From contig OX597817.1 in NCBI GenBank assembly GCA_951406725.2, forward strand, positions 20,212,001 to 20,276,000: a stretch of DNA of 64,000 bases, written 5' to 3'. Position numbers and translations under genes: made by a program. The stretch comes from Octopus vulgaris (taxonomy: Eukaryota). The first letter of the stretch is position 1. The number at the start of each line of letters is the position of its first letter. Below the pieces are notes generated by a model. It saw only the letters and a program-made list of their open reading frames with translations, was not told the DNA's origin and did not search any database. Below, piece after piece: positions 54,401 to 64,000 of the stretch.

Positions 54401-55460
54401 TGCCGTTTTCTAATCTTTTCACCACATAGGATCGTTGAGATTTTCGCGGATGCATAGTAAAGGTGGTTGAGATCTGTAATATCAACATCATTACCTGAAA
54501 TTATATCCTTAAGTGCAAGCCGGATTTTACCAATTATTTTCATGTTTTGGTTAGATTTGCGTATTTTAGGGAGTGTATCACGTTCATCCATACTGGTTTC
54601 TTTAATTTTCATCCATTCAATCATGATTTGACTTTTTAGCTCATGTAGTTCTGTCGGGTCAATATTTGTGTGACTTTCTTCATCTATTTGATGTTCATCT
54701 GTCTTAGTGTTTATATTTGGTTCAGGGAGTATTTCACTTTGCCTATCACTTATACTAACTCTTTCAATCCTTACTTCGTTTATATTAGCTCTGAGCTGGT
54801 CTATAATTATTTCTTCTATAATTATCTTCTTTAGCTGCAGCTTCGTTCATTCTATCCGTTACTGCTTGTTTAATTTGATCAATCTCTACTTCAGTCAGTA
54901 ATTTTTTTTTATAATGTTTCTTCTGACGTTGGCAAGTTTGTTACTGTCTATGTAGGGCCTTACTTCAGGGTGTTTCTGTCTCCAGTTTATGTAGGTTTGT
55001 ATAGTGTTCGATTTATCTGTGGGGAAATATATGGCATGATAGAAGGCTGCAAGAACTTCTTTATTATCTTCCCTAGTCCATTTTTCCTTCTTTTTCTTTT
55101 GAGTGTTTGGTGACGAGCATGGATGGCCATCTGTTGGAATATTCCAGTTGCGGGGTACGTCCAGCTCCTGTGTGTCGGGAAGATTTGATCCAGTAGCTGA
55201 TTTTTCAATCAGACTTTGGTTCAATTTTCGGGTACGTGGTCTTTTGTAATCCGCGCAATGACCAATGCGGTTTATTGTTTGATTTGTTGACCTTGAAGCA
55301 TGACGAGCTTCGACTCTTACATTAAGAGACGGATCTGTCAGTTTAGGATTTTCTGCACGTAAACATTGTTCGTAGCGTAGTTTCCTAAGGCTAGCAGATC
55401 TGTATTCGTCTGTATTTTTTTTGTTGATAGTTTTATCTCCGGGCATAGTTTTCCCTTCTT
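51423..55460 (-). mobile_element. Near full-length R4/Dong-like RLE non-LTR retrotransposon, disrupted
   Basis: Single ORF broken by frameshifts and stops (ATG 55446 to TAA ~51629): KWTREDN N-terminus, NYRPITCL, GIFQGDSLSPLLF, YMDD, YKYLG, CRVC..ETIDHVVSKC, RHD, NRPDII..LIDMTVP, KYKDL; 3' end abuts (TAA)n. Confidence 0.93.
51683..53365 (-). CDS. RT (domains 4-7, thumb), CCHC knuckle and restriction-like endonuclease; 560-aa open remnant of the LINE ORF
   Basis: ORF track; QGDSLSP, YMDD, CCHC, RHD and PD..D motifs; in-frame TAG upstream at 53381 and premature TAA at 51683. Confidence 0.9.
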   Translation of the reverse strand: MNSDKESLNAGDIKISCGIFQGDSLSPLLFCLALIPLSKLLNDAQYGYKMFDKNINHLIYMDDLKLFAKNDQQLKGLLAIVKQFSDDIRMQFGLDKCAKATFIKGKMTETSNVNLDQQNVIKELDPAENYKYLGVIEGEGIRHSEMKDRNRRECYRRVRAILKTELNARNRIEAINALAIPVVTYSFSIVNWSITEICNLDRKIRKLLTMHRMHHIKTDTERLYLPRKEGGRGLLQLAITMKIATIGLDTYLKNSEDWMLKLVSKHENKKASYSVTKQAKEYLSEFRIQQISELEIDIQETGTEKAKRMKTRAKYAALDILNDKWQEKPLYGKYPKRANNADVDKALTHQCLMASGLKSETEGFIIAAQDQCLPTRNYQANILKIRSSPTCRVCKQQNETIDHVVSKCSLLAPTEYLNRHDRAAQYIHWVICKNLDLPHEKNWWEHKPPPVLENDHISLLWNFAIQIDRQIDANRPDIILKDFKQRTCLLIDMTVPIDINVSVKTYQKLSKYKDLEIEISKMWKLKTKTIPVVIGALGMIAKGADSYLTQIPGNPKMAEI

Positions 55461-55823
55461 TTTATTTATTGATTCATTTATTTCTTTAAACTTATGAAAG
55501 GTTCACTCTCGCTGTATTAGTTCGAAAAAATGAGAATAAAATACGAGAAAAAAAAATAATAAACAAATATAAAATAAGAATTATCATCATCACTGTCATC
55601 ACTGTCATCATCATCATTATCATCATCATCATCATCAATGACATTGTTTTATGTGTAGTCACAGCGGTAGCTTATTATTATTATTATTCTCACTATCACC
55701 ATCACCACGGTAGAGTGGTCATGTTCTATAAATAGATTCATCAGATGGTGGACAAAGGACATTTTGGGTCAGGAAAAGGTCAAACCTGTTTACTAGTACC
55801 AGCGTTATCTTGAAAAGCAATCC

Positions 55824-56650
55824 TTCGGTGTCTGACTGAAGATTGAAGGCTTCGAATGATTTGTCTGTGTTCTGTGTTCGTCCCTTCCTGTATTTCACGT
55901 TCATTATATATAAAAACATTTATTCTTATATTATTGCGGCGTTACGTGCACCCCCCCGTTTGTTTGTCCAATTTTAAACCCTGCACGACTTCTATACACA
56001 CTGTCTTTCCTACCCGCCATTGCTTCTTCACCAAACTATTTTGGCGCCCTCCGATTCTTCCCCCCTCTTCCTCCCATCATCCTCCCCTCTTCCTCCCATC
56101 CTCCTTAATCCCTTCTTTCTCCTTTTCTCTTGGTCACTGATTCTGTCCCCTGCCTTCCACCCTCTTTGATTCCCTCTCTCTATGTCTCTCTTTCTCTCTC
56201 TCTCCTGCAACCTGCTGCTTCTTAACCATTCTGTTGGCCATCGTATCTCGACCAACATGTGTCCCCGCTACCGAAACGGTAATTATTTCTACGCCAGCTG
56301 CTATGTTGTTGTTGTTTTTGTCTCATTTGGTCTAAAGTCGTATGACAACCACCGTTATATATATTTTGTTTATTCATTACTGTTTTCAATTTCGTTTTCG
56401 TCTCTTGTATTTACATCCGTCTTGTGTGTTCACATTCCTGTCTTCTAACAAGAAATCTAATGCTTACAGCTTAGTTTTTTTTCTTGGGGTGGCCGAGTTG
56501 GAGCAAATATCAGAATTGAACAGCCGAAATTTGCTATGATGATTCGGTGTCTGACTGAAGATTGAAGGCTTCGAATGAGTTGTCTGTGTTCCGTGTTCGT
56601 CCCTTCCTGTATTTCACGTTCATTATATATAAAAACATTTATTCTTATAT
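55824..56650 (+). mobile_element. Element with ~108-bp direct terminal repeats ending in (TA)n (pLTR-like)
   Basis: TTCGGTGTCTGACTGAAGATTGAAGGCTTCGAATGA...CATTTATTCTTATAT at 55824-55931 and 56543-56650; CT-rich interior. Confidence 0.7.
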
Positions 56651-56772
56651 ATATATACCTATACACATATGTATATATATATGTATATTCACATACGCAT
56701 ATTTTCTGATATTCACTCGATGATTTTTTTTTCTTTTAATTTCTGAGTTCAATTGTGTTTGGAAAAAAAAAA

Positions 56773-56830
<58 letters not shown>

Positions 56831-56926
56831 GTTGTTGTTGTTGTTGTTGTTATTATTATTATTGGCCAATAAAGCAAGAATTATCATTATTATTATTGTT
56901 GTTGTTGTTATCACTATTATTACTAT
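56773..56926. repeat. (TTA)n/(TTG)n microsatellite
   Basis: Direct reading. Confidence 0.95.
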
Positions 56927-56949
56927 TTGATGAAAACCGTATGCTTATT

Positions 56950-58270
56950 TCGCTGGGTATGATGGAGAGTGTCAGCTGCCCACGGTTACTGGACTAAGGT
57001 GAAACAGTATACTGATCATGCTGCAAGAACGATGTGAAGAACTGTTGCAAAGCTGATTTATGTAGGTGTTCTATGTTTACATTTGCACGAATCTTTTTTT
57101 CAGCCACGTCGGCAGTGGAATGTTGATACTTCCAAGCGCCCAAGTATCTATTGGCATCACGCCCATTCACCTCATACCCTGCAACTTACGTGTTTCTTAC
57201 TTCAATTCATCATAGCTCTTCATATGTTCTTTCTCTTCGATCCTTCTGTCATCAGGATATGCTGTATCAGTTATCAGGCATGTTTTTTTTTCTTTTCTGC
57301 TCACCTCAACAGCGTTAGATTTCCGATGTCTAATCTGGTGGTCACTCTTATTAGTCTACATTATTTGTACCTTCCTCTAGAATCTGGCCATAATGTATCT
57401 TTGACTTTTCTAGGCTATTAACTGCCACAGAGCTCCCAATGGGTCATTCTTGTCACACGTATATGTTGTCTTTAGCATTCACATTGTGCTAGATTCGAAC
57501 ATTCACTAACAATGTACCTTACCGTTTCACCCACTCTCATTACACATATGTCGCTCCAAGTTGTTTTATCAATTCTGCAGTTCACACAGTGTGTCAATGT
57601 TTGTTCTTGTACCACGTATATGAATGCTTCTGTTTCTATCTTCTGGTTGCTCCTCTGCATCTATAACCAACAGCATTTTTATCTGGTTTGGAATTCGAAT
57701 GTCTTGCAAACTGAATGTAAACATTTTTCCTATACATGCCGTTATTTTTTGGGTTCTTTTCCTCATGAAATGATTCTTTATTAACACGATTATCAAATTG
57801 ATGATGCCGGACTTATTCACTTGTATCAATAACGGTTCCATGGTAGTTTTTGGATATCACACCAAGCTGTTTTCCTTTACTTCAATACAACTATTGTAAA
57901 TTCTCCCACCCTTTCGTCTAGACAAATACAACCTATGAGTTTCCCTGTTAGAATATAATATCCCGTGTACTGTCAATAGTTTCTGTCTCCGTATCCATAC
58001 TCATCACTTCTGTTTTTCCCAGTTTGTGATTCCAGCATCATACCGATATCATGCGATCGCCCGAGTATTTACTGCTTGGATTTTATTCTATCCAATCAAT
58101 TTTGAGCACCACACAAATCTTAGTCTTCGGAGATATTCTTTCCTCGGCTCTTGTTTCCTTTCGTTCTCCAGGATTTCATTGAATTCTAATATACCAAGCT
58201 ACTTATAACATTGTTTTTCAATTTATTAAATTACTCTGTTTACTAATTCTATCACTGTCAGGGACTGTAT
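56950..58270 (-). mobile_element. Degenerate RLE-type LINE, 3' half
   Basis: YKYLGILEFNEI near 58170-58207, AVNTRAIA, ETEAFIYVVQEQTL, GETVRYIVSECSNLAQ, TRLDIG, LPTWLKKRF. Confidence 0.75.
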
Positions 58271-58497
58271 AGTTCTTCTTTTTCTTCGTAGTTTCCTTCA
58301 TTTTCTTCTTCTTTTCCTTCTTCCTTTCGTTTTTCTCCCCCCCTCTTCCTCCGCTTCTTGCTTTGTAGTTATTACGATAAACTGAGAACCTGCTATCGTA
58401 TTTGCTTTGTGGAAATAGAACACTCCTATTAGTTGACTCCTAATGGACTGTGCCACAATATAAATGGACATACACAGAGAACATCCTGAGTAAACAC

Positions 58498-59795
58498 GAG
58501 AGTTGAATTGTTATTGTGCTTTCGCCTGTGTACTTGTTTTTTTTATTAAGGTTATTTTCCTTAGTTGGAGGTAAAGAATTTTGAAATGGAATGTTCGCCA
58601 GAACATGTCTTTAGTTATTGGGGAGCGAGCATTCGCGTGACGAACACTACAAACACATTGGAAGTGCAAGAGATAGCAAAAGACCTCAAAAAGATTGGAA
58701 GTGACAAGGAGAAAGCTTCAGACTGACCCCTCCAGAGGAAGTGACCAATAGTAGCAGGAGAAGCACAGTGGTATACAGAATGCTGTCTTTATAAAGCAAG
58801 AACATTGAGATAGCGACGGAGGAGGCTATTGAAAATGACCAGAAAATGTGAAAATGACTTATGTCGAAACCCTCTCTTCGAATTATTTCCCTGTATTTGT
58901 CCAGCTCTTTTTTCCGTAGGAACGTGTATTTTATTCACACTAGCGGGTGTAGCAAAATTGGTGCTTTTTTAACAACTTTTAGTTCGGTATTTACTTCGGG
59001 TTCGATTATCATTCTGTCCATTGCCTCAGTAATCATTTCTTCTTCGTCCGACGAGAAAACAGAAGTATCACATAAATCAAAAAATAATTCCACCATTATT
59101 ATAGGTTTCCCCCATCCAGAAGTGGTAAAACTCTATAAAACTGCTACTACGCCGCTAAAATTTGTTACAACAACAACAGATAACGCGCAAAAGTCCGATA
59201 TTACGATTTAACAAAACAAAATAACTTCGCATAGTAAACAAAACACGTCTATCAAGCAAGGGCATAAATACAGTACCTGAAGAAGTAAATACAGTAAGTA
59301 AAATTTTAAATGATGAAAATTTGATAAAAAAAACCGAAAACAAAAACGGCTAACTCTAAAGACCCAAGAATTGTAAAAAAATGTAGGGGTTGCACTATGG
59401 CAGCAAAGGTGCCCCTGGTGCAGATAGAGCCGTGACCCAAAACAGATTCAGCATAGTTTAGACTGCATGTGGATTTCGCAGACCTAAGAGTAATGCTGAG
59501 AGTTTAATTGTTATTGCTGTTTTCCTACGGGCTTCTTTTTAGATTGACGGTCTTTCCCCAGTCTGAGGTGAAGGATTTTGAAATGTAATGTTCGCTAGAA
59601 CACGTCGTTTGTTGTATTCGGCGGTTGGTTGTCGAGCGACTAACGCTACAAACACATTGGAAGTGCAAGGGGTGGTAATGGACCTCAAGAAGATTGGAAG
59701 TCGCAAGGAGCTGCTCCAGAATGTGATGACTATTGGCCACTTCTCCGGAGGAGGTGACCAATAGTACCAGGAGAAGGACAGTGGTATACAGAACG
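58498..59795. repeat. Diverged ~290-bp direct repeats ~1 kb apart
   Basis: ~58498-58782 and ~59498-59792 share TTTTGAAATG.AATGTTCGC.AGAACA, CTACAAACACATTGGAAGTGCAAG, GACCTCAA.AAGATTGGAAGT and GTGACCAATAGTA.CAGGAGAAG.ACAGTGGTATACAGAA. Confidence 0.85.
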
Positions 59796-60425
59796 GTATA
59801 TCGTACGTTGAATGTGCAATACAAAAATATTAGAAAAGGAAAACTGATAAAAACATAATAATGTAGTCTGGTAAATTACAATTGTAAAACTAACAAAATC
59901 AGAACAACAGCAAAAACAACATTCTCTAAGCACTGATCTGAGTAACTACTGCTGATAAACCACATTTCCGTTAATAGTCATTTAACATATAAAGTTCCAT
60001 GGTAACCGAATCTTAATATTCCGCAGGCGATTCTACCTTCATGATTGTTGCCTTCACCGACTCTTTCTTCATCTACTTCAGCTACAATTACTTTCATGTG
60101 AAGGATCCTATCGTTACCAATTTTGCCTTATCTGAATATTCAACTATTCGTCAGCTAATACCGCAGCCCGACTAAATTCTTCCAATGCAGGGAGAACGAC
60201 GTCATTATAAATCTCAATTTTTCCACTCATACACGAAGAATGCCAACAAAAATCAACATAGGCTCACCTGTAATCAAATAATTGGTCAAGACACCACTCT
60301 CAAGAATATTACATCACGCACAAGTGCTTTGCTAAGTCTTAGGCTTATGCCTCCTGCATGAATGTCTCTATACACACGTCTCAGAAATTATTCTCGCAGT
60401 TTAGTAGAACGCCGCTAATCATTAT

Positions 60426-60808
60426 GGAAGCACTCCGTCGGTTACGACGACGAGGGTTCCGGTTGATCCGATCAACGGAACAGCCTGCTCGTGAAGTTAA
60501 CGTGTAAGTGGCTGAGCAATCCACATACACGTGTACCCTTAACGTAGTTCTCGGGGATATTCAGCGTGACACAGAGAGTGACAAGGCCGGCCCTTTGAAA
60601 TACAGGTACAACAGAAACAGGAAGTAAGAGTGAGAGAAAGTTGTGGTGAAAGAGTACAGCAGGGATCACCACCATCCCTGCCAGAGCCCCGTGGAGCTTT
60701 AGGTGTTTTCGCTCAATAAACACTCACAACGCCCGGTCTGTGAATCGAAACCGCGATCCTACGACCGCGAGTCCGCTGCCCTAACCACTGGGCCATTGCG
60801 TCTCCACT
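60426..60808 (-). mobile_element. Full-length tRNA-derived SINE with 12-bp TSD
   Basis: Minus strand head GTGGAGACGCAATGGCCCAGTGGTTAGGGCAGCGGACTCGCGG...GGTTTCGATTC (A and B boxes); TSD GCTAATCATTAT at 60414-60425 and 60809-60820. Confidence 0.92.
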
Positions 60809-61014
60809 GCTAATCATTATAATAGCACACGGCAACATATCCTCAAGAGTATAATCCTTACAAACCTGCAGACTATAATAATAGCATAAAAACCCATCTT
60901 TCTTTTGTCATATTGCATAGAAGGCACCGCTTTATTGATCGTCCCACTGAAAGATTAAACTCAATTCATTATGGAAAATACCAAAACTCAGTGGAGATTC
61001 TACAGTAGAAATAT

Positions 61015-61192
61015 TACTCTCTCTCTCTCTTTCTTACTCTTCCTTTCTCTCTCTCTTTCTTACTCTTCCTTTCTCTCTCTCTTTCTTACTCTTCCTTTCT
61101 CTCTCTCTTTCTTACTCTTCCTTTCTCTCTCTCTCTTTCTTACTCTTCTTTTCTCTCTCTTTTACTGTGTCTCTCTCCCCTCTCTCTCTTTT
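61015..61192. repeat. CT-rich minisatellite (~22-28 bp unit (CT)nTTCTTACTCTTCCTTT, about 5 copies)
   Basis: Direct reading. Confidence 0.85.
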
Positions 61193-62042
61193 CAGTGCTT
61201 TTGAGTTGTTGAATCAACACAGAGCTTTAATTGTGTCTTCGATAAAGTCCGAAGCGGAGTCAACTACGGTATTCTTCTGAGGAAATTATCGAACCTAAGA
61301 ATTCGTGGGAAACTACTGCAGTTGAATGAATATGTTTGAAACATATTTACATACACAAATCTACGTACACACAGTAAAAGACAGACACATCTATGTGAAT
61401 ATCGCATTTCATAATCTTAATATATCAAAATATCAGGTTTTACTCTTCAGTCCATCAGAATAACTTCAGCTTAAAAAACATTAATACCCATTAATCCCTC
61501 CATATTTACGAAGTAATGTCTACTTAATACCAATGACAAAATACATACAATAATTCTCAGTATTATTTTTCTTCATAATCAACTATATTTATATATTTAT
61601 TTTTAGATGAACTTTTATTCATATTCCGGTTCAAATAATGTTTCGACATACCTATCTCTTAAATTAGCGCTGAGCAGTTGCCAACTGAGCCGCAAAGCGA
61701 TTTATATTGTACCCTATTAACCTGATCTCTCACCTTAAATGATCACGTCATTTAATAGTTTTCGCAAAACCTGAACACACACACACACACATATATTTAT
61801 TTATGTATTAGAGTAAGCATATAAATGTGAAACAAGGTAGGGAAGACTAGAACTCGAATGCCGGACGCAAATAATAAGCCGTATTATAAATTCTACAAAA
61901 AACATCACAAAAATATCACAAAGTACTAATCAGAGTTCACTTCCCCGTTCATCGAGCAGTTGTGTTCCTCTGGATCCAAAGGATTACAACTGTGATATTT
62001 TTGTGAATTTTTGGCAGCTTTAATAAGAAAGTATATGTATAT

Positions 62043-62206
62043 AGGCACAGGAGTGGCTGCGTGGTAAGTAGCTTGCTTACCAAACACGTGGTTACGGGTT
62101 CGGTCCCACTGCGTAGCACCTTGGTCAAGTGACTTCTACTATAGCCTCGGGCCGATCAAAGCCTTGTGAGTGGATTTGGTAGACGGGAAACTGAAAGAAA
62201 CACGCC

Positions 62207-62248
<42 letters not shown>

Positions 62249-62561
62249 AATTGCAGCGTGGAAGGTGTTTGTAAGCCATTTAAGAAATACACAAAAGCCG
62301 TTCGATTCACTTTAACATATGAGTTTAATTTGTCAAAATATTTTCGTCGCTATAAGACCGAGACCTGTTCACTGACAAAAATCCGTGCAGCACGGATTTT
62401 TGTCTTATTGCGACGAAAATATTTTGAGAAATTAAACTTATATGTTGAAGTGAATCGATTGGCTTTTGTGTGTTTCTTAAATGGCTTACAAACACCTTCC
62501 ACGCTGCAATTGTTTTCGTTCCAGCATACGATCTCAGATCAAATCACTTGCTATGCAAGTA

Positions 62562-62602
<41 letters not shown>

Positions 62603-62843
62603 ATATATATATATACATACATACATACATATATATTTATGTGTGTGCGTTTGTCTCACCAACATCGCTAGACAACCGATGCTGGTGTGTATACGTCCCC
62701 GTAACTTAGAGGTTCGGCAAAGAGACCGATAGAATAAATGTTAGGCTTATAACGAAGAAGTCCTGAGGTCGATTAGCTCGGTTGAAGGCGGTGCACTAGC
62801 ATGGCTGCAGTCAAATGACTGAAACAAATAGAAGAATAAAAGA
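62043..62843 (+). mobile_element. CORE-like tRNA SINE split at its internal microsatellite
   Basis: Head AGGCACAGGAGTGGCTGCGTGGTAAG...GGGTTCGGTCCC, core ACCTTGGTCAAGTGACTTCTACTATAGCC (to ~62207); resumes ~62641 and ends GCAGTCAAATGACTGAAACAAATAGAAGAATAAAAGA. Confidence 0.85.
62245..62565 (+). mobile_element. Fold-back element inserted in the SINE's (TA)n
   Basis: 62245-62388 pairs imperfectly with 62390-62515 around a 1-nt apex (CCGTGC-A-GCACGG); the right arm has an ~18-nt deletion and extends ~50 bp further. Confidence 0.88.
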
Positions 62844-63330
62844 ATATATATATGCTTCAACTCCATCGTTCATTGCACAGTGATAACAGAACTCCTAGGG
62901 CTTTCTTCAATAATGCACTCCCAGATACACATAGACACGCTAACAAACACGGTTACTCTCTGCTCAAAGCTATCCAATCACTTACCCCGTGTTTGGCAAC
63001 CGTAACGAGTTATATTGTTAGGAGGAGAACAATTTACAACACGAAGATCACAAAATATTGAATTTGTCTGTATAATCGAAAGATAAAACTGCCTTTACAT
63101 ATATTGTATTGATCTCGAATTCATAAAATATGTGAGTATGTATAAACACACCTAAACCTATGAATATAGATATATATCTATGCGTGCGTGTATGAATGCG
63201 TTCGAGTCGGTGTATGAATGTAAATATGTCTGTGCGTGCATGATGTGTGATGTACGTGTGTGTGTGTGAGAGTGTAAGTGAGGGAGATAGAGAGATAAAG
63301 AGAGAGAGAGAGAGAGAAAGAAAAAGAGAA

Positions 63331-63361
<31 letters not shown>

Positions 63362-64000
63362 AAGAGAGAGAGATAGAGCATGTGTGTATGTATGAATATG
63401 TAAGTATGAACTTAAATTAAGTTTAGTTTTAGGTTGATATGAAGAGATTTAAAATAAATAATTTTACTCATATATGCATTACAAAAATATTGTGCATTAC
63501 ATTGCATGTCTAGTTCGGAAATTCTGTTATGGAACCAATATAAATTTGATATTTATTAGAATGTATGACATATTCTTGACACTAAATCAATATTTTAGCG
63601 AACTGTAGTTGAAAAATATTTGAAAAATATATCAATCAAGTAGTCTTTTATCTCTTCGAAGAAATATATTTAAAACTATAAAAGGAGATTATCAAGTAAG
63701 GTAAAGTGATTTTGATGAAAAAAACACGATTTGTAGACACGTAAAATATTTTCAGTATGAACATATACTAAATTATTGAGAAGCGAGTGCAAACAAGAAT
63801 ATATAAGCATACACTTATGCTACATATATATTGACATACTTGTTTGTGCCTATGAACATATGAAAAGATCTCGCTCTGACTTTGTATATACGTATACACT
63901 CGCTTATTCAATTATATCACAATATAATTTCATATATGCATTAGATCGTCAAGTTTTGTAGCCCTACTTTCAAGGTTTTGCATCTTTTCAAAGCTGTTCT

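Noticed and set aside
60730-60808. tRNA gene
   Set aside because: The tRNA-like head continues into a SINE body with TSDs; the same applies to the other A/B-box sequences
61015-61192. CRISPR-like array
   Set aside because: Low-complexity minisatellite without unique spacers, in eukaryotic DNA
59950-61330. Possible decayed plus-strand PLE around the SINE, with CTGAGGA..GAAAC..GTT near 61277-61323
   Set aside because: Only scattered motif resemblance; stems unconvincing
61395-61453. Minus-strand CTGAAGA-GTAA..TTAT-GAAAT-GCG-ATA hammerhead-like match
   Set aside because: Weak AU/GU stems, no G-C closing pair and no repeat context; may be chance

Overview
AT-rich, microsatellite-saturated metazoan DNA, non-coding or intronic. 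Its SINE families and (TA)n/(CA)n/(TAA)n load resemble an octopus genome (inference). No intact host gene is recognisable. Nearly all track ORFs are microsatellite read-throughs, and only a few weak candidate exons were found. Identifiable content: a near full-length but frameshifted R4/Dong-like RLE non-LTR retrotransposon (~51.4-55.5 kb, minus) in (TAA)n with a second 3' end next to it; several older relatives of it; an internally deleted Gypsy LTR element with a tRNA-Ser PBS nested in a LINE; Helitron Rep and Pif1-helicase relics plus an intact non-autonomous Helitron; a CR1 3' end; three tRNA-derived SINE families; and several Penelope-like (PLE) RT/GIY-YIG relics. The most striking signal is a recurring class of short elements in (TA)n tracts. 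They carry minimal type I hammerhead ribozyme motifs (best at 489-564 and 36498-36577) and/or head-to-head inverted arms with one long and one short arm (18.2, 34.1, 36.3, 62.2 kb). One is a perfect 161-bp palindrome with a hammerhead on each strand. This suggests a TA-targeting PLE/retrozyme-like system that leaves fold-back insertions.
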